A stretch of 46,613 nt of DNA from Trichomonas gallinae (GCA_008369845.1 MRSU01010545.1:1-46613), one strand, 5' to 3'. Counted from the stretch's first letter, positions 20,150 through 32,159 are shown. Program-made: numbers and translations. The notes: generated by a model not told the origin, from the letters alone.

Positions 20150-21262
20150 ATGCGAGCAACAATAACTGCTGCTCGTCCGACTCATCAGACCGAGGTATAT
20201 AAATACGTCCTCTCAAAGTGTATACCATTAATAGAATCTTGGAAATCAGGAAACGGAGTTATTGGTGATACTGTTCCAATTCCAAGATTCGCTCAACAAG
20301 ACTTAGCGAACCTCTTTCAAACAGCCTTACAATTGATAAAACAACAGCCTCCAGTGCTTAAACTCCAACCTGGAGTTTTCGTTATTGGAGATTTGCACGG
20401 AAATTTCATAAATCTGATTCATATTCTAGCGCAACATGGTCTACCTCCCGAGCAGAGATATTTGTTTTTGGGAAATATCATCAATTTTGGTGAATTTTCA
20501 TTAGAAACAATAACTTTAATTTATGCATTGTACTGTAACTTCCCATCTTATATCCATATATTGAGAGGGGATACCGAGCTTTTCCCTATACAGACAATTA
20601 ACAGTTTATATTTCGAAATTAATAATGAATATAATGAAATTTCTTTGTTTGAAGTAATAACAAACACATTTGCATTCTTGCCGATTGCAGCAGTTTTCAA
20701 TAATCGCGTTCTTTGTACTCAATCATCATCGATTCTAAAATATAAAACATTGAAAGCAATGATGCAAGTTCATGGCCCCGTTTTCTGCGAAACTTGTAGT
20801 GATTGCTTTAATGGGTTTGTTACTGATGCCCCTACACCTGATGAAGATACTTTAGAAGAATTTTGCGAGCAAAACGGAATCGATCTCCTTCTTTTGGGAG
20901 GAAACATACAGGAGAATGGCATCATGTCTTACTGTCAAGAGCGCGTCTTTTCAATTGCCACATGCGAATCTCGAAATGCAGCAGGTATAATGTTACTTAC
21001 TGGAGACTTCAAGCCATCTCCAGTAATATTTGTTACTAATTCGGAGCTTGAACGAGCGAATGCACGTTTTCAACTCATTGATAGAATATTAAAATCTCCG
21101 GCTCCAGTTTCGAAGTCGCCTAGTATATCAGCAATAAAGAGCGCGAATATAGTTATACCAACAAGAAGTAACAGACAGTCTGGAGTCATGAAAGTCCATT
21201 CAGCAACGCCTAAGCCAAACGAGAAGGCGTTGAACCGTTGGTTAACACTATCCCCAATGTAA
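20150..21262 (+). CDS. PPP-family Ser/Thr phosphatase homologue with a degenerate active site (pseudophosphatase)
   Basis: VIGDLHG retained; YLFLGNIINFG replaces GDYVDRG; LRGDTE replaces RGNHE; FAFLPIAA retained; HGG and RAHQ equivalents absent. Confidence 0.85.
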   Translation: MRATITAARPTHQTEVYKYVLSKCIPLIESWKSGNGVIGDTVPIPRFAQQDLANLFQTALQLIKQQPPVLKLQPGVFVIGDLHGNFINLIHILAQHGLPPEQRYLFLGNIINFGEFSLETITLIYALYCNFPSYIHILRGDTELFPIQTINSLYFEINNEYNEISLFEVITNTFAFLPIAAVFNNRVLCTQSSSILKYKTLKAMMQVHGPVFCETCSDCFNGFVTDAPTPDEDTLEEFCEQNGIDLLLLGGNIQENGIMSYCQERVFSIATCESRNAAGIMLLTGDFKPSPVIFVTNSELERANARFQLIDRILKSPAPVSKSPSISAIKSANIVIPTRSNRQSGVMKVHSATPKPNEKALNRWLTLSPM

Positions 21263-21423
21263 TCTATTGATTGTATTGTTTCATATGTTTTGTTATGTTA
21301 TAAAATTCAGATTTTTTTGATCATGAAAACTGTAACGATTTTCCCAGATGATTGTGATCACGATACAGATTTATGGATGATATCGGATTAGATTTATTCA
21401 AAACAAACAAAAATAGTAAAAAA

Positions 21424-21756
21424 TTAATTCATGATTTTTGAAATGCCAGATTGTTGTACGTGTTGAACCCTCTGAGTTACAGCTGTTTTCAATTGCGCGG
21501 AGACTGTTTCAAGACGTTTCTGTTCTTGTAATAATCGAGAAAGTTCATCTTCTAGTTCTTTATTAGATTGACTTCTGCTGTTAAGTTGCATTGCTGCGTT
21601 TTTATTCGCTTGGTGAATAGGAATATTTAATGTCGGAATTAAGCCTTTCCATTTTGCAAAAATTCGAAATTTTAGTGCTCTGTTCTTCCGCTTGAGGAGC
21701 ATTGCACAGTTCCATTTCAAAATGGCAGCATTTTCCCTTGGGTCGTCGTTAAGCAT
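21424..21756 (-). CDS. Small hypothetical protein (110 aa) with a C-terminal coiled coil
   Basis: ATG-initiated ORF with higher GC than its flanks; ELEDELSRLLQEQKRLETVSAQLK heptads; AAAAGTGAC motif 9 nt upstream. Confidence 0.6.
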   Translation of the reverse strand: MLNDDPRENAAILKWNCAMLLKRKNRALKFRIFAKWKGLIPTLNIPIHQANKNAAMQLNSRSQSNKELEDELSRLLQEQKRLETVSAQLKTAVTQRVQHVQQSGISKIMN

Positions 21757-23448
21757 TTGGAAAATGTCACTTTTGAGGTGTAAAAAAATTTTATAAAATT
21801 TCTAAACGTTCATCATTTGATTTAATAATATTGCTTTGTATCACGTCAGCTGCTATTGTAGTCCATTGTGATCATTTTTCCAACCAATTACTCTCGTGAT
21901 GCTAATTGCACAGTGAAATTCAAGTTGCAAAATCCCCAAAACTTAGGTAATTCTTAAGCTTTCGAGAATAACTATAAATGATTACAAGGTCAGATTGATA
22001 ATAGTTATCAGAATAAACCGTTTTCAATACAATACAATATCATTTCAAATCTTCCATGCTTGAAAGTCCGTTATCATCAGCAAAAGTCAAAAACTATCGA
22101 ATATAATTGCAAAATCCCGCTCATGCATATATAATCATGTAATAACTTCAAGATAATTTGATAAAGCCATCCATTTATTGATAGACACCTTAAGCCTTGA
22201 GCTACATGACGTTTCTACCTTCTCACAGATCTATTTTTTCTGGTCTATAGATTACGCGTTTTAAAAATTCTTATTATACCAATATCATTTTTTACAATTT
22301 TTCTTGTGATTTATTTGATTTTATAAAAATTTAAGAAATCCCGAAGAAAACTAAATAGGTGAATCAATAGCATAATAGTAACTGTATTAAATTCTTTGAT
22401 TAAATATAGTAATTTATTGTTTATTTGTTCTGAAATCGATCATAAAGTTTTTTGTGTTGATAAGTTTCATTGATCTATCATCATAACATGATGATTTGTC
22501 TTTGAATAACGATAAGACCACATCAAAAGAGTTATTATGTCCATCGTCTGGTCCTCAAATAGAAATCAAACAAAGAAATCTTAATTTTGATATTTCAAAA
22601 GCTTCTGAAAGATCCATATTACCAATTAATTTATTCGAATCCATGAACACAAAATTGTAAGCATAGTAGTTGCTTATCTGCTGTATTAATTCTCGATTTC
22701 AAAAAAAAATACAAGTAAGCTTGATAAAGAATTTTACTCATGATTCCAATCAGTTTACTCAAGAATTTCAACATAGATCTGATTTTAAATTACATATAAT
22801 ATTTTGATTCCTTGAAGAAATTCTATCTGTTGTTCTTCCCAAGGAATTATTTCAGGTAAGTTGGGTAGTTGATCCCTTATTTTTACTATTACACAGATAT
22901 TTTTAATATTCTTCTCTTTGATAACATTAATGTTTGCTTAATACATTAAAGACTATCGAAACTTCAACAAATTTACGGTTCACCCAAGTCAAATAATAAG
23001 TTTAATCAAACTGTTCGATTTCAATAAAAATCAATTTCGTTAATCAGGCTCAACAACAATCATATTCAATGCACAACCATACAAAGATAACGAACTAGAT
23101 GGTAAAATTGCCATTTTTATTATTAAATTATTCATTGGCTCATTATGTCTTCAAATTCAGAGAGAACATTAATGAATAAAATATACACTTTCTAAATAAC
23201 ATATTACTCAATTAATTTTTGTTCTAAAGCTAGTCTAATTTTATAATATAATATAGATATCTTTCAGCTCATTATTTTAACATTATTCAGTGTTTACCAT
23301 ATTAGACGCTGTCAACACAGCAACTTACTTTATAGGCTTATCATAATACGCCTATATTATTTTATATTGATAAAATTTTCTTTAAAACAGCGGATTGCTT
23401 GGATATGTATATGTACACAACTACAGTGTTGTGTTTATAACAGTATTT

Positions 23449-25737
23449 TTAGTAATCCTCTTTATCGTCTAAAGGAATTCTCAAATCGCGGATAATATTA
23501 ACATATTCTGGCATTATTTGATTCGATGACTCCAAAATAGACTCGATTTGCATATTTTGAGCGATAACTCCCTCTGTTTCGTTCTTATGGGTCGCGAAAA
23601 GGAAAACAAGAGTTTGAAGGAAATTAGATAAAAGTATTTCAGGGAATTCATCAGTGAAAGATAACTCAATGACAACAGTAAATAGCTTATCTAGGTAGCT
23701 ATCATCGTTTTTCACTATTTGAGTTAATGAAATCAAAATTGCAATTATAGCATCTGTTGTTTCTAGATCTTCAATGGAATTTCTATCATACAGAACATTC
23801 CTTGATTCGTATAATTGGCCGAATAGTTGCAAATAGTTTTCATCAATTTCGATATTGATGAAAATGTGTGATATTGCAAGAAAACTTGCTCCTCTGATCA
23901 TCCATCGTAAGTTTTCATTGATTGCGATTAAAGAGAGAACATTTAAAACTTCTGAGATATTTTCTAGTGGAATTGCATGAACTTTTGCTAGTTCATCCAT
24001 AAGAATTGATCCAGAAAGCATTGATTCAAAGGTTTCTTGAGCTATGCATTGAACAGATAAATTAAAGCAATATTCATAGAATTGTGAAAAATATTCCGAA
24101 TAATTTCTTACAAAGAACGCAATTGGAATCGCAAATTCATACGAACAATCTTCATTGTAGTTATCGCCGTTGAATAACAGCGTTCCAAGTTCAAATATAA
24201 AATCATGCGTGATATTCTCTTTAAATTGAGTGCAAAATTGCAAGAATGATTCTGTTAGATATAATCTATCGGATACTATGAATGACAAATAGTTTTCTTT
24301 GATAAAATCAATGAATTCTTTCGAAATTTCATAATTCATTACTGAAATTGATTTCTTGATATAGTCATATGTTGCTGGATTATCAGGTAATCTTAGCATG
24401 AAGATTTTCATGACAATATCTGTTTCAATTGCAGATTTTCTTTTGAGTAGTTTGTATCCTAATCTTTGTATATTAATAACATCAATAAACTGTGAAGGCT
24501 CAATACAAATGAAGAACTGTGTGATGAAATCTATAATATTAATATCTGGAGTATAATCTAGGAATGATCCATAAAAATGTACCGTTGATGACAGTGGAAA
24601 GTGTGAAAAAATTTCTATGAAAGGTGAAAGCACATCATAATTCAGATAAAAGTCTAAACAAGATTCAATGAATCTTATTACTACGGAAGATGTTACTAAT
24701 TCTTGATCATTAAGTAACGATATAGCATTGTCTACGCAGTTAGTGATCTGCTCACCAAAAAATTTACACATTGAAGGTAATAAATTGTAAATTATTTCAT
24801 AATTTTCATCATTGGCTTTTTTTAATATCAGCCCAAGAACATTCAACCATTTTTCTTCCATTTGAGGCGGATTTGAATCAATTAACATCATATTAAAATA
24901 TGAATCTAATAATTCTATTCCCTTCACTAAATCTTGGTCTGATAATATAATAAACACTTCAGAAACTTGATTTGATAGAGATAATGAAAGCAGTGGATTA
25001 ATAGAAAACAATGATTTGAAAAATTCATTAATTGAATCGACTAAAATAGGAATTTTCGCGTATTCTACACAACAAGTCGCAACTTTACACAGAAGCTCAT
25101 TGTTCGCAACAAACGGAAAAAGTCTTGAAATTTCAGTGAAAGCAGAAAACAACTGAGAATAATATTCATAATTTTCAATGTTTTCTAGGCTTTGGATGAA
25201 TTTTTGTGCGATTATTTGTGCATATTCCTTTGCTTGATGTACAGGAAGATGCTTTATTACTTTTTTAAATACATAAAACCCAGTTATGAACAAAATAGGA
25301 CTTGGATTCGCTGTTAATTCTATGATATAGTCAATATTTAATAGTCTACAGCATATCTTTTTGACTATAAGAATGAGAATCTGGGCAGTTTCAGGAGTTA
25401 ATGTTGATAGTAAAGCAATTATTTTATCTAATAAATTTGAAATGATTTTAACATTTTCTTGGATAAAAATTGAATCGCAGTGTTGATTATTTTTTGATAG
25501 TAATCGTTTTAGAATGATTGCAGGGATTAAATTATTATTTTGATATGAATTTAAAAGAATTTCAACGAGTTCAGTGTAAAAGTGAAGAGGGTCGCAGGCA
25601 GTTAGATTATCAAGTTGTTCTAGGACTTGTGGAGCATTTTCTCCTGTAAAATCAGATGCAAGAAGATCAGATAGAGATATTTCTAAAAAGTGAAGCGACA
25701 AACCGCAAGATAATGAACTAAAGTATCTTGATGTCAT
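23449..25737 (-). CDS. HEAT/ARM-repeat protein, importin-beta-like (762 aa)
   Basis: All-helical acidic ORF. N-terminal EQLDNL...FYTELVEILLNS...PAIILKRLL resembles the importin-beta N-terminal domain; IRGASFLAISHI is a HEAT-type helix. Confidence 0.6.
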   Translation of the reverse strand: MTSRYFSSLSCGLSLHFLEISLSDLLASDFTGENAPQVLEQLDNLTACDPLHFYTELVEILLNSYQNNNLIPAIILKRLLSKNNQHCDSIFIQENVKIISNLLDKIIALLSTLTPETAQILILIVKKICCRLLNIDYIIELTANPSPILFITGFYVFKKVIKHLPVHQAKEYAQIIAQKFIQSLENIENYEYYSQLFSAFTEISRLFPFVANNELLCKVATCCVEYAKIPILVDSINEFFKSLFSINPLLSLSLSNQVSEVFIILSDQDLVKGIELLDSYFNMMLIDSNPPQMEEKWLNVLGLILKKANDENYEIIYNLLPSMCKFFGEQITNCVDNAISLLNDQELVTSSVVIRFIESCLDFYLNYDVLSPFIEIFSHFPLSSTVHFYGSFLDYTPDINIIDFITQFFICIEPSQFIDVINIQRLGYKLLKRKSAIETDIVMKIFMLRLPDNPATYDYIKKSISVMNYEISKEFIDFIKENYLSFIVSDRLYLTESFLQFCTQFKENITHDFIFELGTLLFNGDNYNEDCSYEFAIPIAFFVRNYSEYFSQFYEYCFNLSVQCIAQETFESMLSGSILMDELAKVHAIPLENISEVLNVLSLIAINENLRWMIRGASFLAISHIFINIEIDENYLQLFGQLYESRNVLYDRNSIEDLETTDAIIAILISLTQIVKNDDSYLDKLFTVVIELSFTDEFPEILLSNFLQTLVFLFATHKNETEGVIAQNMQIESILESSNQIMPEYVNIIRDLRIPLDDKEDY

Positions 25738-27150
25738 ATCAAAATTGAATTTTAAAAAATTCTTATTGAAAATATTTTAGTAATTTAGAATCAATTGAAA
25801 AATGCATTGAGGATAGGTATACTTTTAAGTAGTTTACATGCTGTTACAATTAAACTCCATTTTGATAAGATTTTAATTTTATATAGTTTTAATTTCAACT
25901 GTCTAAGTTGATTTCTAGGAGTGCAAGCCAAGATGTAAGATATTCATATCACGGCATATTATAGACAAGGAAGGAAATTCCAAATAATATAACCAATATC
26001 TAATTTCCTTGAGTTAAATACTCCAATTAAAAAGCAAAGATGGAAATGAAGAGTAGAAGCATTTATATAACAATCTCAGCAAAAGAAAGTATCAATAAAC
26101 TAGTTTTGAAATTATTATCTATTAACTCCTGAGTCTTTAGATATATAAAACTCATTGCATATGAATATATATTGAAGTTATTAAGCCTTACAAAAGTTGG
26201 CCTTCAAAGATTTCGATACAATAAAAATTATTGATTTGGGAATCTATCAGAATCGATATAACAAACAGACTAACTGAACAAACAAGTAGATTTCCATTTG
26301 AACAGTGGTAGAAAAAATTGTCTCCCAATAACCAGTTTGAATACTTCTGATTTTTTGAATGGATAATTTTTCAATAAGTTATAGTCCATGATTTATAGTG
26401 TAGTTTATTCACAGGGTTATGCGAAATTTTTAATCTTTCGTGGTCGGATTTTATAAATTAAAATATTCGCAAAAGAAGTACATTACAGCATGGTTAATCT
26501 GTGTTCTCAAATTTTTGAATAAAGCCAAAAAAAAATTATTGTGAAATAATTCTGTAGGCTGAACAAATTCTCGAACATCGAAAAAATATATCTGTGTATC
26601 ATGTAAATATGACTATGTAAAGTGAATCAGTTTTGAGATATACTGACTGTCACTTTTGATTATTACGTTTCTCGTAATGCGCAAATAACCCAGTTATGCA
26701 TACTTTAACTGATGTTTTAATTTTCAGTTATGTTCTCAAAACTTAAAAATACGATTTAAATAACCTATACATTTACATTAGTATATTTACTGCAGCTATA
26801 TTTGACTATTCTCAAAACTTTTTCACAAATTATTTTCGATTCGTTAATTGCATACCATATTTCAATTATTTTTGCTTTAAATGTTCACCTATATTCAATT
26901 TTATATTTTGATTATTCGCTGCAAGTTCAAGTATGTCATGCCCGCATATTAAATTATTTCAATTTTTAATTTGTGAGAGTTCGTTTCAATACATTCTGAA
27001 TGTTTTTACAACTAATGCATCTAATACTCTAGCCTCAGCTTTATTATCATGATAACACCAACTTTATGCTGCAATATATTGAGTGGAAAAACGTTTTTTA
27101 GAAAATTTTGTTAACTTGTAAAGTGAATCAAAATTTAAAATTAATATCGA

Positions 27151-30100
27151 ATGAACTTGGAATCGTCCGTTGTTTCCTCGATGTCCAAGTCAGTCGAGTC
27201 AGTTAGCGGAACAAAGAATATCCTTATCAGCGGCCTTCAGAAGCCGATTGATATAGTTTTCCCGCTATTCGATCAAATGAACACAATTGCAAAAATTCCA
27301 AAGCCAATCATGTTCTTAGTTTCTATTTTCTTCGATCTTCAGGCTTTCTTGGTCGCTATGTGGCCAATCTCAAGAGCTTACGATCTTAACAAGCCAGAAG
27401 AATATCCAGTTTTACGTTGGGTTCTTCAAATTTTATGGTTTATTGATATCAACAACATCCCATCATCAATGCAGATAGCTCTCATTGTCGCAATCGTTTC
27501 GTCAGTTTTCTCTGTTGGCTGGTTGGGATTCGAGCTCGCATATTATAAGGTCAAGAAATCTTTCATCACATGGTCTCTCTGGTTCCAGAAGATCATCTTC
27601 GATATTGTTACACCAATTTGCTTGTACCCATGCGCTGCTCTCGTCTCTTTTGCATTCATTACACTCAAGCAGGGTAACTCACTTTACTGGCTCCACCTCA
27701 TCGTCGGCGCTGTCTGCTATGTGGTTCTCTTCTCTATCACATCCATTGCTATGACACTTTCATCCCGTACAGTCATCCTTACAAATACACCATTCCCACT
27801 TGTTGATCATAGACTCTTTATTAACCACACAATGATCAACTCATTGATGATTGTCATCTCCTTTGTCCTTAGCATCTTCCCGAACTACTACATGATCATC
27901 GTTTATATCTGCCACATCCTTGCTAACGTCTATATTCTCACCATCGTCACCAACTTCCCATTCTACAAGGTTCTTGATAACGGTCTTTACTGCTCAATCA
28001 CAGTTTCCACAATTTTGTTGGACATTCTCTTCATTGTCAACAACTTCAAGCTCTTCCTTACAAAGTATATCCCATTCGTTATCGGTATTGCCCTCTTCTT
28101 TGTCTTAACAATCGTTTTCTACTACATGTTCCTTTTGATGGCGAAAAAGATAAAGAAGCAGTTCAAGTACACATCCAATGAAATGACAGAAGAAGAAAAG
28201 TATGCTGTTTTCGATGACCTCAAGCTTGACCAATCTGAGAATAAGGCTATGAAGTATCTATATGTCTCCTTCGTTCAGATGGCTAAGATGTTTGTCGATA
28301 TGTCTTATGTTGCATACTTGACAAATCACTACAGCACAAACAGAGTCCTCTGCTGCCTTGCTCAAATTGTCGCATTCTTCCCATGCGAAATGCGTAAGCT
28401 TAACAACATTTTCAAGATGATCATCAGCCAGAGAAACTTATCATTCGGCGACCGCTTTGTCGTTTACCAGATCGGCCGTATTCGTGCTCTTCGCGCTTCT
28501 TCCGTTTCAATCGATGCTAACGAGAAGATCCTTTCCCTCCGAAACCTCAACAACGAGTGCGAAGCTATGATGAGACACTTCTGGAACTTACCAAATCCAA
28601 AGATCTCATTCTGCGAGAAGGTTGCTACAACTACGTCCAACGCCCTCCTTCTTTGGAACGAAGCCATCAACCATTATCCAAACAACGCTAAGATCTCCTA
28701 CGAATACTCTCGTTTCAGATCCGAGACAATGGCCGACCTCGAAGGCGCCATCTACCAGCAGGAGAGAGGTGACCAAATCGAAGCTGGCCGCAACTTCGCT
28801 GTCGATGCTTCCTTCAGATCATTCATCCGTATGTTCCCATCCTACATCCTTAACAACGTCCTCGATGAGAAGGGTAAGCGCATCATGAAGAAGCAGGTCA
28901 ACAACGGCAAGGGCTCCCAGTCCATGCAGACATCCGGCTCTAACTCATCCCAGCGCTCACTCAACTCATCCTCCAACGACATCACAATCGATGCTGAAAT
29001 GGAAGAGTCCATCGGTAAGAAGATTTTCAACCACTCCAGGATGAGACTTGCCCTCCACCACGCTCTCGAAACACGTAAGTCATCCATCAGGAAGTACTTC
29101 TTCATCTTCTCACTCATCACACTCATCGCCACAATCGCTATCTTCGTTTTCTTCAACATCTTCCAGTCAGACCGCTTCAAGATCCGCCAGGAGTCTGTCG
29201 TCTACATGAACTCTGCGACAATGATGAGATTCCTCGAGAACGTTGCTATCTTCCAGGTCTGGGTTTACTGGGGCATTGCTTACCACACAATTGAAAACTA
29301 TGAAACAAAGTTCCAGGAATACTGGGCGAAGGATAAAGATTACTTCAGGGAATATGTCAAGCTCACAGACGACCTCAGATACCAGGTCACAGCAACAGTC
29401 AAGGATGCTGCTGATCAGTTCGATATCATCCTTGGCAAACTTGCTAACCTCGCTGCTGACGGTATCGATGTCTACAAGATGGCTTCCACACTCGTCTCAG
29501 AAACTTGCAACTTCAAGTTCTGCTACAACGGTACTACTAAGGGTCAGGTCAACTCCACATTCAAGGATAAGTACATCTACATGCTCCACCTCAACAAGAT
29601 GATCGCTGGTCAAAACGCCGGCGCTGCCGTTTTTAAGCAGAATGACTTCTGCGAGCTCATGAGGAACTCCGATGACTTCCCGAAGGATGTCCAGCTTATG
29701 TTCAAGTCCTTCCTCGACTCTGCCCAGGATGATGGTGTTGCCCTCCGCAAGGTTCTTTCATTCCTCCAGATCGCTGTTCCAATTGCCGCCCTTGTTATTT
29801 CCTTTGTCCCAATTTGCGTCACTGTTATTTTGTTCGTCAGCAGTGTCAATAAGACACTGAAGATCCTTTCCACTATGGACGAAGAAGCTAAGGAAGGCGC
29901 TAAGCTCCCAATCAGAAAGGATATCGAAATTACACAGAATGCCTCATCAGAGAATATCAAGGCCTACTCCTTCACCCTCCTTTCCATCATCATCTACTTC
30001 ATCTTCGCTGTCGCTATCACAGTCACAACATACTTGTTCATCACTGAGATGATCTCATCCAACGATACAATCTCCAAGATCTCACAGTGGTTCTACTACG

Positions 30101-31899
30101 CTGCTCAGCGCTCTGCCACAACAGGTGAAACAATCGTCGAAATCATGAACATCATCGTTCTCTCTAATGATGACGCCAACCTCCAAGTCGACTTCATGAA
30201 TGCTTCCTCTAACAAGGTACGCTTCGAGACAGATCTCAACTCCATCCTCACAGCAAACGAGAACCTTCTTCGTGGTGCTGATGCTGATCCAGATGCAGGT
30301 CTCCCAGCATCTCCAGCCTTCTCCGGCTACGACAATGCAATCGATAACCTCCACTACAACGAGCTTTGCAAGTCTGACCAAAACGTCAACGATATGCACG
30401 ATCTTTACAGGTGCGCTTCTGCTACACAGCAGATCGCTGTATTCAAGGATCTCGCCAACGAAGTTGACGCTCGTCCAAAGCACTTCGCCGGCAAGGTTAA
30501 CACAACATCCTCACTTAACCTTATGCACATCGTCACTGGTCACCTTTGGGATACACTCTTCAGAATCAACGGCAAGATGGTCGAACTCGTTGACCAGCGC
30601 TCCAACAAGATGAAGCAGACAAACATCACATGCACATGCATTGGTGTTATCATCGCTATTGCCAACGTCGGCATGACAATGTACCTTGTTTCCCGCGCTG
30701 ATGGCACATACGTTATCCTCATCGCTCTCATCAAGCGTCTCCAGCCAGCTAACATTGTCGCCTCCAAGCCACTCATGGACTTCCTCCTCAACAGAAAGAC
30801 ACGCGAAGATGACAAGTCCATGTCCATATCACAATCTGTCGTCCGCAACTGCGCAGACTGCATCATTTACACAGGTGTTGGTGGTATGATCGAAATGGCT
30901 AACCCAGCCGTTTCTACAATCCTTGGTTACACACCAGATCAACTCCTTGGTCAGCCAATTTCCCGCTTCTTCCGCTCCGACGATGCCGAGAGACTCGAGA
31001 AGCAGATCGAGCTCATGAAGAACAAGCAGTCCGGCTCCACATACGAAGACAAGTTCACATGCATCTCCGACTCTGCTCGTGAAGTTTCATTCCAGATCAG
31101 ACTCATCGGTATGAAGAACGAAGGTTCCGATGATATCTCATCCTTCGTCTTCATCATGTCCGATATCACAAAGCTTCTCAAGCAGATGAAGGAAGCTGAA
31201 GATGCCAAGCAGAAGTCCGAAACACTTCTCTTCCAGATCCTTCCAAAGGACATCGTCGTCAGACTCGGCCGTGGCGAGAAGGATATCTCCTTCACAGTCC
31301 CATCCGCATCCATCATATTCATCGATATCGTCAAGTTCTCCGAGTACGCTGCTTCACTTACACCACAAGAGATTATGGGTAACCTTTCCACAGTATTCGC
31401 CGCATTCGATGAGATGGTCAAGAAGTACTCCAAGATTACAAAGATCAAACTTATCGGTGATGTCTACATGGCTGCAGCTGGTCTCTTCGATGAAACAGAT
31501 GATCCAGCCGGACACGCCAATGAAATGGTCAAGTTCGGTCTCGATTGTTTGTCAGAGTTAGAAGAAGTCAACGTTAAGCTTAATGCATCATTAGAAGTTA
31601 GAATTGGTATTAACACAGGTGGTCCACTTCTCGCTGGTGTTCTTGGTACAGACAAACCTGTCTTCGATATCATTGGTGACCCAATTAACATCGCTGCTAG
31701 ACTCCAGTCCACTGATATCGCTGGTAGAATCCAGATCTCTAAGGCTACTAAGGAACTTATTGAGAATGGCAACTTCAACATCGAAGAACGTGGTGAGGTC
31801 TTCCTCAAGGGTAAGGGTAAACAGATGACCTACTTAGTTACACCACTCTCCGGCATGATGCACATCACAAGCTCCCTCTCGCAATCCAAGCTTGGATGA
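27151..31899 (+). CDS. Transmembrane class III adenylyl cyclase with PAS domain (TMAC family), intact
   Basis: Many TM helices; TPR-like segment LWNEAINHYPNNAKISYEYSRF; PAS (IEMANPAVSTILGYTPDQLLGQ); cyclase motifs IFIDIVKFS, KIKLIGDVYM, RIGINTG, FDIIGDPINIAARLQS and LKGKG. The K and D specificity residues indicate ATP as substrate. Confidence 0.93.
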   Translation: MNLESSVVSSMSKSVESVSGTKNILISGLQKPIDIVFPLFDQMNTIAKIPKPIMFLVSIFFDLQAFLVAMWPISRAYDLNKPEEYPVLRWVLQILWFIDINNIPSSMQIALIVAIVSSVFSVGWLGFELAYYKVKKSFITWSLWFQKIIFDIVTPICLYPCAALVSFAFITLKQGNSLYWLHLIVGAVCYVVLFSITSIAMTLSSRTVILTNTPFPLVDHRLFINHTMINSLMIVISFVLSIFPNYYMIIVYICHILANVYILTIVTNFPFYKVLDNGLYCSITVSTILLDILFIVNNFKLFLTKYIPFVIGIALFFVLTIVFYYMFLLMAKKIKKQFKYTSNEMTEEEKYAVFDDLKLDQSENKAMKYLYVSFVQMAKMFVDMSYVAYLTNHYSTNRVLCCLAQIVAFFPCEMRKLNNIFKMIISQRNLSFGDRFVVYQIGRIRALRASSVSIDANEKILSLRNLNNECEAMMRHFWNLPNPKISFCEKVATTTSNALLLWNEAINHYPNNAKISYEYSRFRSETMADLEGAIYQQERGDQIEAGRNFAVDASFRSFIRMFPSYILNNVLDEKGKRIMKKQVNNGKGSQSMQTSGSNSSQRSLNSSSNDITIDAEMEESIGKKIFNHSRMRLALHHALETRKSSIRKYFFIFSLITLIATIAIFVFFNIFQSDRFKIRQESVVYMNSATMMRFLENVAIFQVWVYWGIAYHTIENYETKFQEYWAKDKDYFREYVKLTDDLRYQVTATVKDAADQFDIILGKLANLAADGIDVYKMASTLVSETCNFKFCYNGTTKGQVNSTFKDKYIYMLHLNKMIAGQNAGAAVFKQNDFCELMRNSDDFPKDVQLMFKSFLDSAQDDGVALRKVLSFLQIAVPIAALVISFVPICVTVILFVSSVNKTLKILSTMDEEAKEGAKLPIRKDIEITQNASSENIKAYSFTLLSIIIYFIFAVAITVTTYLFITEMISSNDTISKISQWFYYAAQRSATTGETIVEIMNIIVLSNDDANLQVDFMNASSNKVRFETDLNSILTANENLLRGADADPDAGLPASPAFSGYDNAIDNLHYNELCKSDQNVNDMHDLYRCASATQQIAVFKDLANEVDARPKHFAGKVNTTSSLNLMHIVTGHLWDTLFRINGKMVELVDQRSNKMKQTNITCTCIGVIIAIANVGMTMYLVSRADGTYVILIALIKRLQPANIVASKPLMDFLLNRKTREDDKSMSISQSVVRNCADCIIYTGVGGMIEMANPAVSTILGYTPDQLLGQPISRFFRSDDAERLEKQIELMKNKQSGSTYEDKFTCISDSAREVSFQIRLIGMKNEGSDDISSFVFIMSDITKLLKQMKEAEDAKQKSETLLFQILPKDIVVRLGRGEKDISFTVPSASIIFIDIVKFSEYAASLTPQEIMGNLSTVFAAFDEMVKKYSKITKIKLIGDVYMAAAGLFDETDDPAGHANEMVKFGLDCLSELEEVNVKLNASLEVRIGINTGGPLLAGVLGTDKPVFDIIGDPINIAARLQSTDIAGRIQISKATKELIENGNFNIEERGEVFLKGKGKQMTYLVTPLSGMMHITSSLSQSKLG

Positions 31900-32159
31900 A
31901 ATTAATTAATGGACTTAGGCTAAATTTACTTGGTTTTATTTTATTTCACTACAAACTTTTTTAAATTGGAAAATAATTTTTTTGAATTTTGAGATTTTAT
32001 TAAAAATAGATTCAATTTAGCTCTTTTTAGGCCAATATATAGCTGAAATATGACACATTTTCGTGTAATTTCAATATTTCATAATTTTATGAAAATAAAA
32101 ATCAAATTTAATTCTATTTTCATGTTTTTTGGAACAAATAAGGCCTCAGAATTATCATA

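Noticed and set aside
27485..31828. Many nested and antisense ORFs within the cyclase gene
   Set aside because: Explained by C-rich third-position bias depleting stops in the other frames.
27151..31899. A functional cAMP gene cluster linking the cyclase with the AKAP-like repeat protein
   Set aside because: About 19 kb apart with unrelated genes between; the cyclase family is large, so co-occurrence is expected by chance.
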